A DNA stretch of 64,000 nt, taken from the NCBI GenBank assembly GCA_027604505.1, contig JADIIX010000007.1, forward strand, positions 62,001 through 126,000, written 5' to 3'. The notes under the pieces were generated by a model. The model did no database searches and was not told where the DNA came from. It worked only from the letters and a program-made list of their open reading frames with translations. Position 1 is the first letter of the stretch; each line of letters opens with the position of its first letter. A program made the position numbers and the translations under genes. Shown here piece after piece: positions 36,868 through 49,524 of this stretch. The DNA comes from Gonapodya sp. JEL0774. Taxonomy: Eukaryota.

Positions 36868-38079
36868 TCTGCTGTGGGAGGTCAACACTCGATCTCGCCC
36901 TTGTTTGCAGAGCTCCCGCGCGGTTCCAGGCCTTTTCTGCACTTTCTGCGACTCTGTGCGTCTGAGAGAATTCTATACGGAGAACCCGTTGGCTGGAACG
37001 TCGAGCGCGTTGTTTGTGCGTGGTATGTCGGGTCAGAAATCGGCCAAGTACCGACCAGCTGCGAAGGTTCCGTCTTCGCCACTCTCTGGAGTTCACCTAC
37101 CACCAGCGCTGAAACGAACCAGGTCAACTGAAACAACCAGCTGAAAGGCGCTGACAATGCTGACTTTTCTGAATATACTGAAGAAAAATATCCTTCTGTG
37201 TCATAATTCTTTCTCACAATTTTGTTGTTCTGGCACACCTTTATCTCAGTTCCTTGGCGTAAGCGCGAAATGTCGGATGCGCCTGAACGTAACCACACCC
37301 TCTCTCTGGGACTCTTCAATTGAGACTGCAGAGATTACTATCTACTGCCGCGGCTCGGGGTGTTGTGTATGTAGCTCTCCAAAAGCCAGAACTGCCCCGA
37401 GTCTTTGCTGTGCCAACCTGACGAGCCAAACAACCCGAGATGAAAACTCATACATGCATTTGCTGGTGGAGTAGGGTGTTGCTTATGGATCGGGAGTTCG
37501 TGTGATGTGCGACCCCTGATGAAAACTGACTGCTGGCTGGTATGCCGGGGAACGATCATATTCCCCTCTACAAAAGTATGGGATGTGCAGACATTACTGT
37601 ATCAGAGTCGTTCTGCAAAGTACCCAATTATTACCCATGTCGCCGTCGTGGTTGAAAGCCCCGACCGGTGACTCAGAGTCGAATGATGGCCCGTCTTGTG
37701 AACGGAGGGACCGATGCCCCCCGCATTTAATCCGGAGTTGGAGAGACTTCCAATTTCTCAAATACCGCACATTCTCGTCACCTTTTCTGAGAATCTGACC
37801 CACCACTGATCCCCGCTCACTCGAGGTTGGTGTCCCCTTCCTAATCTGTCTCCTCGTGTGACGGCCAGTGGACATCACGCTAGTTCCGTCTACGACGTGG
37901 ACAACGGAGCTCTATGGGAGACATCTTGGTCGTCGTCAGAGATTTCATGGATGCAACGAGCTCGCGTCTTATTCGTTCTCCCTGGTGTTTGACTTTTCGG
38001 GCCGACTACAACCCGCCCACATCATATCTGTACATTCGCTCATCCCCTTATCTCATCCTTGCTCCACCTAATTATAGAA

Positions 38080-39945
38080 ATGTCTCCTCCGGTAGTTCCC
38101 ACCCCTCGTAGTGCCGCGCCATGGATCTCAAGTAACCCGAAAGGTGCATTTGTGGTACGATGTTCCTCACGTCTGCTCCCCACTGACAAAGAATATGCAC
38201 ATTCTAGACACGTACAAGTATCTTTCCGGTTTTGGTAGCCACCTGGAAACCGAGGCGCTTGAGGGAGCCCTTCCCAAGGCTCAAAACAACCCACAGGTCT
38301 GCCCTTTCAAGACCTACTGTGAATGTCTCAGTGGAACCGCGTTCACAGCGCCGAGGACTCACAACAACAAGGCGTGAGTATCTTGCGAGAAATTTCATGA
38401 CGTTTTCAGTCGTGAAGGTCAACTCTGTTTGCGTTGCCAGGTGGCTCTACCGAATCGCACCCTCGGTGGTCCAAGGAACCTTCAAACCCTACACCGCCAA
38501 CCCATACCTCACTTCGGAGTTTCATACTCTTGATCCTTCCAACCCCACAACTGTGAAGACCAATGACGGAGTTTATAACGTTCCCCACCAAGCCCGTTGG
38601 TCTCCCTTCCCCATGCCCAAGGACTCTGAGACCGTTGATTTCATGGACGGACTCAGGACCGTGGCTGGATCCGGACACCCGGCGGTCAGACACGGATTGG
38701 CCATTCACGTGTACATGGCTAACGCTGACATGAAGAAGAAGGCGCTTTACAACTCCGACGGTGACTTCCTTATCGGTGGGTCTTGCCTTTGTTTGCACGC
38801 ATTTTCAGTTGTTGAGTATCTTAATCGACGACTATCCCCCACTTTAGTTCCCCAACAAGGCCGTCTTGACATATCCACCGAGTTTGGAAAGCTCTCCGTC
38901 GCACCCAACGAGATTGCCGTCATTCCCCGCGGCATCCGCTTCTCTGTCAACCTCCCGGACGGTCCATCCCGCGGTTACATTGCCGAATGCTACTCGGGTC
39001 ACTTCGAGCTGCCCGATTTGGGTCCCATTGGTGCAAACGGTCTGGCCAACCCTCGAGACTTCCTTCACCCGGTAGCCTGGTTCGAGGAGGACGACTCGGA
39101 ATGGACCATTGTGAGCAAGTTTGGGGGGAAGCTCTTCGAGGCTCCTCTCAGGGGCACACCCTTCAACGTGGTCGGTTGGCACGGGTGAGTTCGGTCCTTT
39201 GAGTCGTCCCTGTTCGTTGCTTGTCTGATACTAATGTGATACAATATCAGAAACTACGCGCCGTATAAGTACGATCTCCAACGGTTCATGGTCATCAACA
39301 CTGTGTCCTTTGACCACGCTGTGAGTCTTTGGCGAGCCTTCCGATTGCAGGCTGAGGGACACCTCGATGCATACTGTTATTTCCAGGACCCCTCCATCTT
39401 CACCGTCCTGACCTGCAAGTCTGCCATGGCTGGCACCGCCTACCTTGACTTTGTAATCTTCCCTCCCCGCGCCGCTGTTGCTGAATGGACCTTCCGGCCC
39501 CCCTGGTACCACCGCAACGCGATGTCTGAGTTCATGGGTCTCATCAAGGGCAAGTATGAGGCCAAGGAGAGCACGACAGGAGGCGGATTTCTGCCCGGTG
39601 GTGCAACCTTGCACTCTATGATGTCTGCCCATGGGCCTGACGCTCTTGGATTTGAGAGGGTTAGTGTTGTGCCACATCCTCCTTCCCAAAATCGCACTAA
39701 TCGATGAATTACTCCTCGAAACAAAGGGAACCACCGCCGAGCTGGCACATGGCCGAGCCGCGGACGGTACCCAGTCGTTCATGTTCGAGTCTTACCTTCA
39801 GTTTGGGATCACCAAATGGGCATGGGAAGAGTGTGGAGCCCGCCAACCCAACTACATGTTGGATTCTTGGGGCACCATTAAGAGCTCCTTTGATCGCACG
39901 TTCAAAGGCATCCATGTAGATGCGGAGACAAATGGCACCCACTGA
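38080..39945 (+). CDS. hmgA: Homogentisate 1,2-dioxygenase (multi-exon)
   Basis: [114 protein letters not shown] (Fe ligands H/E/H present), FMFES. Confidence 0.96.
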
Positions 39946-40142
39946 GGGATTGTGGATTTGAGAAATTTGGTGGACGGTTGCAGGAAGCATATTGCAAGGC
40001 ATTTTTAATAACATTTTACAATATAAATATCATCTTCTGAGTGCGTGTGTTGCTCTTTATGTCCAGTTTGGTTCATGCAGATCCCCTCTGTGAGTTTCGT
40101 ACTTCCAGTTAACGGGACGGTTGCGCTGGTACCCCCTGCATC

Positions 40143-41711
40143 ATGAGCGCGCGCAGTTCCGATTCCACGTCATCAGCATTTTCGCTGGACATCATGAACG
40201 TCCCGGCAAGAGCGAATGGTCGCCGTGGCGTCAAATTGGGTGTGCTTCCTCACCAGTCGGAATCCCACTCCTCCACAGAGACGAAGAAGGCAGGGGCCAA
40301 CCCATCGAGAAAGGAATCGCTTGGCTCTTTGTCCGATGTCTCGTTTTCGCACTTCGCGCGAGATGCGGCTGCAGACGTGGACGGCTCTGACCTGTCTTTT
40401 CTAAGAGGGGACTCCCCAGCGAGATTTGAGCTTCGTGGGGGTGCCCGATCTCGCGGTTCCGCATCTTCGTCTGATTCGTTGAAGGATGGCCCTGCTGTGA
40501 CGTCTCAGAGCGTCCAAGTATCTTCATCTGTTAGGCCACCACTGTCGAAAGCAGCTCACACTCTAAAGCAGCCAGACAACAATCCGGACGACCATCGTCG
40601 ACGGCGCGGCGAGGTCAGTGGGAATTTTCGGGCCAATTTCTGAAAGTGTAAACACTTTTCAACGCAGGTCCTGCAATCCAGCCCACGCCCGCCGCCGCCT
40701 AAAACAGCCATCACAACCACAAACAACTTTGGCGAAAGTGAACCTGACTCGAACTCCCTCTCTATGCGCCTTGCCGACCTTTCCGCACACCTCGGTGCTC
40801 TTCGGACCCAAGTAACTGAGCTTGCGAATCGCCCCACAGTGCCGACCCATTCTTCGTCTACAGCTTCTTCTCGCGTGGCTGCGTCCCTCGACCAGTGGCC
40901 TCACATGCGTTTTCTTCTCCTTCCAGATATTAGAGCTCTAGTGAAAGAGGAGGTCGATCGCCGACTCGCGGAGATGGGTATTACGGAAGGCCCATCACAA
41001 AGAGGAAGGGAGATTGGTAGTGATCGCAATTCCAGTTTGGGACATATTGATGGGCGTGGTGAACGATCAGGCTCCCGTTTCGTCTCCGAAATCGAGCATT
41101 CTCTGCGACGAAGAGCGTCATCCCCGCAATATGGCAACAGCACTTCGCATCATGTTCCCCATAGCTCGCCACGTGAAAGTCCTTTGCGGACAACCGTCTC
41201 ACCTCCTCGTAGTATACCTCGGCGGTCCTCTCCTCCTCGCGGCCGACCAACAACTTCTCGCTCCCGTTCCCGTGCAGACGACGTATCACCGTCAGCATCA
41301 TCCTCGGTCTCCGCATTGCTATCATATATTGCAAGATCGCATTCACCGAGGGAACGCTCAGCAGATTATTGGGATTATGAAAGACAACAACCTGAAAACC
41401 GCAACCAAAGCCCTGAGCGCCTTCTTCGGTCGATTCTTGCTCGTCTCGGAGATCGGGTAGATCCTTATAACGCGGCGCCTGCTGCCGAACGTTTAGTCAA
41501 AGTGAATACCTCTGCTTCCGTGAACTCGTCGAGACCCATATCTGATCGCGGAGGAAAAGTGAGTAATAAACTTGGCTCACCGAACGGTGCGTTTAGACGG
41601 ACACCCCAAAGTAACGGTGGGACAAAGCCACCGAGATCCCGAGCAGCAAGTAGCAACGAAACTTTGAAGGGAGGGAAGCCGCAGAGTGCGGGACGAGGCA
41701 TATGGAGATGA
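40143..41711 (+). CDS. Uncharacterised S/R/P-rich disordered protein with short coiled coil (2 exons, intron ~40613-40668)
   Basis: ORFs 40143-40643 and 40764-41711 join in frame through GAG|GTCAGT...ACGCAG|GTC; no recognisable domain. Confidence 0.6.
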
Positions 41712-41814
41712 CAATATTTACAGATACATACACTTTGTTATTATAATGGCGTGCATTGAAGGATAAAATCGCACTCTCTAATCTAAGTAGGTTACTTCAC
41801 GGATCCACAAAGTT

Positions 41815-43343
41815 TCATTGGATGCCATATAATCCCAGCAGGGATGCGATCTGTTCCTGAGAGAACTGTTGGTTGGTGCCGACCGGAGTATGACTGCTAG
41901 GGGAGCCCCACAAACTCCCTTCATGTTGCCATGTCACACCGCTTGCAGCATAGAGTTCTTCGAGGGCTTCGCGTGGAAATGTTCGGGTAACCTGGTCGCA
42001 AATAGGATCATTCACCTGACTATCTGGAAGTTCAAGGAACCACAACCGGCGGGTTACACACCTCTTCTCGTAAACGAGCAACCTCCTCGGCGAGTTGCCC
42101 TGCCCTTCTCTCAAGGACCGCCGCTCGACCAAGGTGTTCTACGGCGGCGCGCTCTAGCATTTCCGCTCTTTGCTTTTTGCGTTGTCTAAAACGTGCACTG
42201 GCCAATGTGTTGCCCCGACGTCGTTTTGAACCCTGAGAAACACTAGAATGTGTGAGAGGCCCCACTTTCACCTTTAAAAGCAGCTTTTATGTCACCTCTT
42301 CCCCATCGGCTTCATCCGAATTTTCGCCGTCAGATCCACCTTCTTGTTTGACAGCACCCCGAAGAGTTACATCAAAATCAATGGGAAAATCTGCTCTTGC
42401 CTCGACGGATTTCGTGTCAACCGTGGTGCCACGTACTAACTCAAAGGCGACGTTTTCTTGAGCTAGGCCTGGGACCGTCAAAAGGTGTTGTTTGGGTGGT
42501 CGTCCCCGTGGTCGCCCAGAGCGTTTTCTCGAGAGGGATGGATTAGAAGGTGGATTAGATTGCGGATAATGAGGTGGATTGTGAGGTGGATTGATTGGTG
42601 GGCTCGGGGTTGAATTGGAAACATGGGTGGTGAACGTGGTGCCCAGAAATTGTGCGTGCACATTGGTGGCAGTGGGCAAAGGTGGGCTGGTTGATGCGCT
42701 TCGAAGCGGTACTTGGGGAGATTGCGAAGATACGTCACTGGAAGAAGAGTTTTGATGTATTCTCTCTAGAAGTTCCTGTTGGAGTTGAGCTGCGGGCGTT
42801 GAATAGTAGAAAGGGGCCACTGAGAACGGCGGGAGATGTTCGAGCGGGGAAGTGGTCACCACTGCGGCGGGGACAGTCGCTGGGGGATTGGCAGCCACTC
42901 CACTCCCTCCAAGAGCACTTTTTACTGAGCGCGCAGTGGAAATGGCTGCCATGAGCTGGTCGCTGGATAACAGTGGAACGAGAGACACCACGAGGGAACG
43001 TTACAAACGAAGGCGCCGCAAGGACAAACTGCTGATCTACTTACAGTTGAGCTGTTGGCAGGTCCAGCAGATTTTCCATGAGTGAATCGTCCCATCCTGA
43101 TTGCTCCTGCCGCCCGCTCTGCACGTTTGAATTTCCCTGATGCAGCGGCCCATGCTCCTGCTGTTCCTCATCAAATGTCCCCACATCCAGATTGGCATAT
43201 AGGTTGTTATAGCGCTCTCTTTCTACCGCTAGTTCCCTCAGGATAGACTCCTGTTCAGCCAACACACGAGTGAATCGCGAGTATGCCGTGTCCATTGATT
43301 CGGCCGATCCGTGCGAGTGGAACTGTAACGGAAAATCAACCAT
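41815..43343 (-). CDS. bZIP transcription factor of the MetR/CYS-3/Zip1 (sulfur regulon) type, with an AT-hook
   Basis: Basic region KRRRGNTLASARFRQRKKQRAEMLE...LERRAGQLAEEVARLRE resembles recalled CYS-3/MetR KRxRNTAASARFRxKKKQREQALE. AT-hook RKRSGRPRGRPPK. Exons 43343-43045, 42962-42296, 42232-42062; last exon boundary uncertain. Confidence 0.82.
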
Positions 43344-44512
43344 GGACAACGCTCTGTTTTTCTTCTATATATTGTGTACTGACACTTCGATCTTCCCGGC
43401 GTTGAGTCGCGCCATAAGTGCTCTGCGCCACCTGAATGGGATGAGCCAAACTTTGATCGGGGACCCTGTTCCTCGGCGGCTTCTTTACAAATCGAGGGGT
43501 TCCTTGTGTACTGATGTTTGATGCTCTTTCACGTTACCAGAATGAAATCCTTGCACCAGAACGCAGAGCGGGATACAGCGTACTGAATCCGGCCACCGGG
43601 TACGGTTGTAGCCCATGGAAGTGAGTCCTCCCCCCAGACAATTGAAGGACCTTTGGTGTGACTAAAACCAAATTCGGGTGCCGAAACTTTTTGGTTTGGT
43701 GTCCGTGACATTGTCGTCAATACTTGTGTATTCCTGGGACGTATTTACATAATGTTCCCAGGGGCAATCTTTCGAACTGTGCGACTGGCATTTGATAAGA
43801 GCTTGTCCGTGAACATCTTGTACTGGAAAGCGTACCAATAACTTATAAGGAGTTTCATCTCCGCTGATTTTCGGTTTGTTCTTAGTGAGGAAGGAAATAT
43901 ATTGGTTTCGCATGGTGAGACATACTCACGTCATCGAACGTGTTCCAGTCCAACGGGAAACATTAGCATCCAGATATATAGCACATAGTGTTGCACAAGA
44001 ACGTCCACCATTGTTTGTGCCCTTGTTGTCTCTCTGGTGATATCTTCACCAAGCTCTTTCCCAGACCTGATCATGTGATGATATCTCTTCCAGCTTCATG
44101 CACGTGAGAGTCCCATTCAAGCATTCAAAAAAAGACGTCCACATTAGGAAGAATGGGTGGAAAGGGCGTTCAATAAGTCAATAACTGGTAATAAATATAA
44201 ATGTCGCAATATAATGACGAAAATAAGGGGAGAACCGTTTTACGCGACGACTTGACCTCGGTTTGCAAACCTGTGCGCCTTCGCTATACAATCTGTGCAA
44301 TCCATAATAATTACACAGTTTCATTTTGATAATGCGTTGTTCAGATATCTTCGAGTTGGAGGTGAGGAAACAGTTCTGACTCTGCATATTCATTTGCTCC
44401 CCTTTGCTGACAAGCACTCACACATTGTGTCGTATTTGGTTCAACCGTAATTTTCGGAAAGCTCTCGTTCCCAAGGCAACCTACAGAGCCGGCTTCACAG
44501 TGGAGCTCTAGA
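43344..44512. promoter_or_regulatory. Divergent intergenic region shared by the bZIP and sconB genes
   Basis: Lies between two outward-facing start codons; lower GC; TATA-like ATAAATATAAAT near 44191; E-boxes at 44071-44079 and 44101-44107; CRE-like CTCACGTCAT at 43925-43934. Confidence 0.65.
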
Positions 44513-47431
44513 ATGCCTGACCTTCCAGCCTTGCCCAATCAGCCCCCGCCGTTGTCGCCTTTCCCCAACGCGGACCAGAGAGCACCAGCCCCACCTCCCA
44601 GTATCCCACCCACGACCCCTGCTGCAAACAGCGTGCTCCATTCACAGAAAATGGAAGTAGAACATGTGAAATCGATCAGAGGACCCTTTCGGGAATCACG
44701 ACTGGTCGGAACGATTCCCCAGACTACGCACAAGAACCCCTTTTGCTATCGGCATAGACCGGATATCCTGAGACCGAGTGACGCTCATAAGCAAGAAAGC
44801 ATGCGAAAGGTGCGTGAACCAAAACCCTAAAATTTTCCGAGAGTCCCTAGCTGGGCACGATGTCGTTGAGGGCTGCTGTGTGGTACACTTTCGTAAATGG
44901 GCAATTTGGGTGAAACGATTCACATTGTTACTTGGCTAGGCATCCAAGGAAAGCATTTTTGATGCACCCTAGTCGCTGAGCTGATGGTGCTGTAGTGTGC
45001 CATGCCCCTTCGAGCCACTGATTTTGTTTCGATTTGCCCCTTCGTTCATTGACCTCTTCTCCCAACTGAAACGTGCTTCACTGCCTTCAATCGCTCTCGG
45101 TGCATAATTTGATGTCTTGATCTCACTCAGCACATAAACGCTTTGCCATCAACATCCCAAGCCAGTATCATGGACATCTGGTCCATCTACACCTCAATGT
45201 CCCCCACTGACCGTAAAGTCCTTCTCGAAGGCCTCCTCCATCAGTCCTGTGTCCCTCAACTTTCCTACATCGCCGCTGAACTAAACACATATCTCCGAAT
45301 CGATTACATCGCGACCGCTCCTCGAGAAATCGCCTTGAAGATTCTCACGTATCTTGACGCGACTTCTCTTTGCCACGCTGCTCAAGTTTCTCGAACTTGG
45401 AAGCGAATAGCCGACGATGACGTAATTTGGCACCGAATGTGTGAGCAGCACATCGACCGCAAGTGCCCCAAATGCGGATGGGGCCTGCCTCTGCTGGACT
45501 TCAGCAAATACCGAAAGCGAAGGATATCCATCGCCTCTCAGGACGCTACACGGTGCTCTATGGAAGAAGCAGCAGCCGCGCAGGAGCTGTCAGGAGCTGG
45601 GACGGATCCACAAGCGAGCGTGAGCCGTTTGGGGCCGGCGGTGGATGTTTCGCGGAACAAGCGGCGGCGACTGAAAATGAACCATCCAGAAGATGAAGGG
45701 CGGCCCCTTCCTACTGCACCAGCATCTGATGAATCTATGGGGGAGCAACCAGATTCTCGGCCTTTGATTCTGAACTCTTCTCGGCCTCTCCCAATCCCTA
45801 GTCCAAGGTCAGGGCGTTCTGCATACCCAACTGCCCCGCCCAGGAATAGCGGGCATCCTATCGTCACCGCATCCCTTACCTCACACACCTCGAGCGTTTC
45901 CCCTTCATCGTTGTCATCATCTGCGTCTTCAGAAACCCTTTCCCCCTACTCAGAAGTCGCTCCGGCGCACTGCACATATTTCCGTGCGTGGAAGGAAATT
46001 TATGCTGAGCGCTTGCTCGTAGAGAGGAACTGGCGGAAGGGGAACTATCAATTTCAAACGCAGCCTGCGTATGGGGAAGCGATGGCTCTAGATGGTGGTG
46101 GTGGCGGGGGCGGCGCCCTAGAGCCCATTCTGACTATGCAACTCGATGAGTGTCAAAATATTCTCGCCGTGGGGGGTCATTCAGATGGAACGGTGCGACT
46201 CTTCACACCTGGAACACCAAATCCATTTTTGGTTCTTCGTGGTCACGCAGGACCAGTGCGAGCTCTCAAGTTTGACCAGAACAAATTGGTGTCAGGGTCA
46301 ACTGACGGAACCATACGGGTGTGGAGGCATCGAACTCCTGGTGGAGATCTCGCCAAAATATTGCGTGGCCATCTTGGGCCAGTGACCTGTTTGGACTTTG
46401 ACGACCGTTTGTTGGTCTCGGGTGGATGTGACAATAGCATTCGTGCCTGGAACTTTGGCACTGGTAGGGGCTTTACGCTTTCGGGTCACACGGATTGGGT
46501 CAACGGCGTGAAGTTGTGTGGGAACTACGTCTTTTCTGTTAGTGACGATCACACACTACGAATGTGGGATCTGGAGAAGCGTGCGTGCATTCGAGTCATG
46601 ACTGGACATGTCGCTCCAGTACAATCTGTGAAAGTGAATCCATCAGTTGCAGCCGTACAGGAGCAGACCGATTCCAGCAAGAACAAGAGCAAGGCTTTGG
46701 ATAACGGTCTTGAAACTCAGGGAACCGATACCGTCCTCTCATCGTCATCACGTTCTGGGTCGCTCGCGGTGAAGTCGGCTTCGGATCGACCAATTCGGGT
46801 TGTGACTTGTTCTCTCGATAATACCATCAAAGTGTGGAACCCGTTCACTGGCCAGTGCCTCCGGACCATGTTCGGCCATATGGAAGGGGTCTGGTGCGTT
46901 GCCTTCGACTCACTCCGCATTGTCAGTGGTGCCCAGGACGGCAAAGTGGAAATTTGGGACACAGAGACAGGTGAAACGCTCCATACTTTGGGATTGGGTG
47001 GGACGTGCAAGGCCGGGTTCGGCGGGAGAGTGATGCGACGAAATGCAAGCGGGGATCAAAGAGCTGCCGCATTGCAGGAGGCGGACGAGAATAGTGACAG
47101 CGAGGACGATGATATTGGACATGCTTCACTTGCCGGTCCTCCGACTGTTCCTGGCCAAGGTAACCTTGCAGCGATTGGATTGCAAGTTCCAGCTGCAATG
47201 CCTTTGGGACAACCACAACAACAACGCTCACGGTGTGCCATCACAGCAGTGCAGCTGACGGACACGAAGATCATCGCCGGCGGCTCCGATGGTGTGGTCC
47301 GAGTCTGGGACTTCGGCATTACGTTGGACCTCGGCATCGGGCTTGGAAAGCAGGATGAGGAAGTTGAATGGGAAGGGAGAAGGAGTCCAGAACGTGTTGA
47401 GAGCTGGAATGTGGAGGCCATGGTGCTCTGA
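44513..47431 (+). CDS. sconB: F-box/WD40 sulfur controller SconB/SCON-2/Met30/Pof1, 2 exons: 44513-44809, 45131-47431
   Basis: Family-typical N-terminal FCYRHRPD; QASIMDIWSIY...LLEGLLHQSCVPQLS; F-box IDYIATAPREIALKILTYLDATSLCHAAQVSRTW; WHRMCEQHIDRKCPKCGWGLPLL; WKEIYAERLLVERNWRKG; WD40 repeats such as GHTDWVN and TMFGHMEGVW. Confidence 0.95.
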
Positions 47432-47840
47432 TTCGCCAACTCATTCGTTGAGTTTGATTCGTTGTTTGCGTTTTGTTGCCGCCTAGTTGCATTGGAAGTT
47501 ATATCTATTTTTGTAAATGAATTCATACCGCATTGATGAAGTACTCCGGTCAATTCATTCAAGTATGTTGATAATAAGATGTCCGATCTCGATGCAGGCA
47601 TGAGATTACCAAATCTCATCGCTCCGAATCCGCGCCAACAGATATCTAAAGAGCACATCAGTGCGCAATCCCTTGCATCGGATCGATGTCGCTCGTTCAC
47701 AAGAAAAAGTGGACCGTCAATGCTCGATTGTGTGCAGCCGTCCTCCTCGCCGCCCTGGGGTTGTATGTTTACGGTGACAGACTCAAAAAAATGATGTGAG
47801 TGTTCGTGATGCGTTTATGCGTATTTTAGGAGCGGATGTC

Positions 47841-49464
47841 ATGAATCTGTTGTGTTGTTTCCGTGGTATGTTATTGGCTCCCCCTCCTAAGCTTAACTAC
47901 TCCACATTCCGTAGAGTTTCAAGACAAAAAAAGACGACGTATACTTATAGTTGGTGGTGGCTATGCGGGCTTGGTGGGTACAGGAATGGGAAATTGATGT
48001 GGAAAGCGGCTTCCTGAAGAATGATTTTCACCAGTTGATGGCGAAAGCTCTCTACACAACCCTTCGTGGAGTCCCCGTAGACATCGAAGTATTGGAAGCA
48101 CGGGATAAATTTTATCACAAGTGAGTGCCCTGTACCGTGCACGTTTTGATATCGCGGGTTGGGAACATAATATCTGTTGGTAGTGTTGGGAGTTGTCGAG
48201 GTGTCTCAGAAGCTGGATTTGCTAAGGTACTATGGATTCCGTATGACCGATTCCCCGTACCAGTTCGGACAAACTGCCGTGTGCTGGTATGTCTTCCGGT
48301 ACGATAATCTCCGGAGAACAATAATTTCTAATTCCTTAACAGGAGGTCCACCATGATCACATCGTGACAGATTCGGGTGAAATTCTTTTGTACGAGTACT
48401 TGGTGGTGGCTACGGGCTCAGTGAGCTCCCCTCCGGCGAAGTTTCTGCCCACTGTAAAGTCACATGAGGCCATTGGCCTCCTCGAGCGCATACAGCGTGC
48501 TGTTGCACAATCCCAGCACATCGTTATAATTGGTGGTGGTGCGGCTGGTTGTGAACTTGCTGGTGACATTGCGGACCAGTATCCAAATACCAGGGTGACA
48601 CTTGTCGAAGCACTTGGAACCATTTTGCCTGGACGAGCGGTAACAGAATATATGCGGAAAACAGTGGCAGAGAAGCTGTCAAACAAGGGGGTTGTGATTG
48701 TCACTGGGGCACGAGTGTTACTTGAGGAGGGAGAGCTACGGACTTCATCAACCGAGTTTCCTGATCCAACACATCATGTTCTGTTCACTGACACTGGCAT
48801 ATCTCTTGATTCAGACTTGCAGGTGAGATTGATCGAATTGGTAGTAGGCACCTGTTATCACTCAAGTTGACTTCACTCTTTCAAAGCTTATATGCTCAGG
48901 AAATCTGCACTATAATGGTACCTGCCTCTCTTCTCTTGCAGTGTCGCATCCAACTATACTCGATCAACTTACACACGAAGTTTGTGTTCGACGAACGCTT
49001 CAGCTTCAAGATGAAGAGCTTCCCCACATATTTGGCCTCGGAGACGTCTCCAACACGCACGCATCCAAAACTGTTGTTTCTGCAGAAATGCAGGCACAAG
49101 TAGTGGAGCAGAATATCATGTCACTCCTCAGTGCAGAGTATGAAGCAGGAGTTGATCGAGATGACTTTGTGATGCGAATGCAGGTACTGAGGCGTGTGGA
49201 CAACCTCAGGGAATTTTCCGCACAGGGACCGCTTTTGTTTTTGGCACTCGGGAAGTACGATGGCGCAGCACAGTTGCCATTTGTAGGGGTTTTGGGTGGA
49301 TGGTTCATGCGTCAGTTGAAATCGGCGGATGTAATGGTGAGAAGTCAAATCGTCGTCACTGTGACCTGTCGGCATTTGTGAAACTGATCACGATTTTTTA
49401 TGTTGCTTTTACGTAGACCCATTCATGGTGGAAGAAATTGGGATATGATACGGTGCCTTCGTAG
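47841..49464 (+). CDS. FAD/NAD(P)H-dependent oxidoreductase, AIF/AMID (AIFM2/FSP1)-like, multi-exon
   Basis: RILIVGGGYAG (first exons absent from ORF track), YEYLVVATGS, IVIIGGGAAGCELAGDI, VRRTLQL...HIFGLGDV, GAAQLPFVG; terminal exon THSWWKKLGY ends at TAG 49462-49464. Start MNLLCCFR is tentative. Confidence 0.85.
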
Positions 49465-49524
49465 CTGATTACGTGGATTGATTACTATGTAGATGCGCAT
49501 AAAATCGAATGATGTATGTATATA

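Noticed and set aside
38080..39945. Tyrosine-catabolism gene cluster around hmgA
   Set aside because: No fahA, maiA or hppD-like genes are adjacent in this window.
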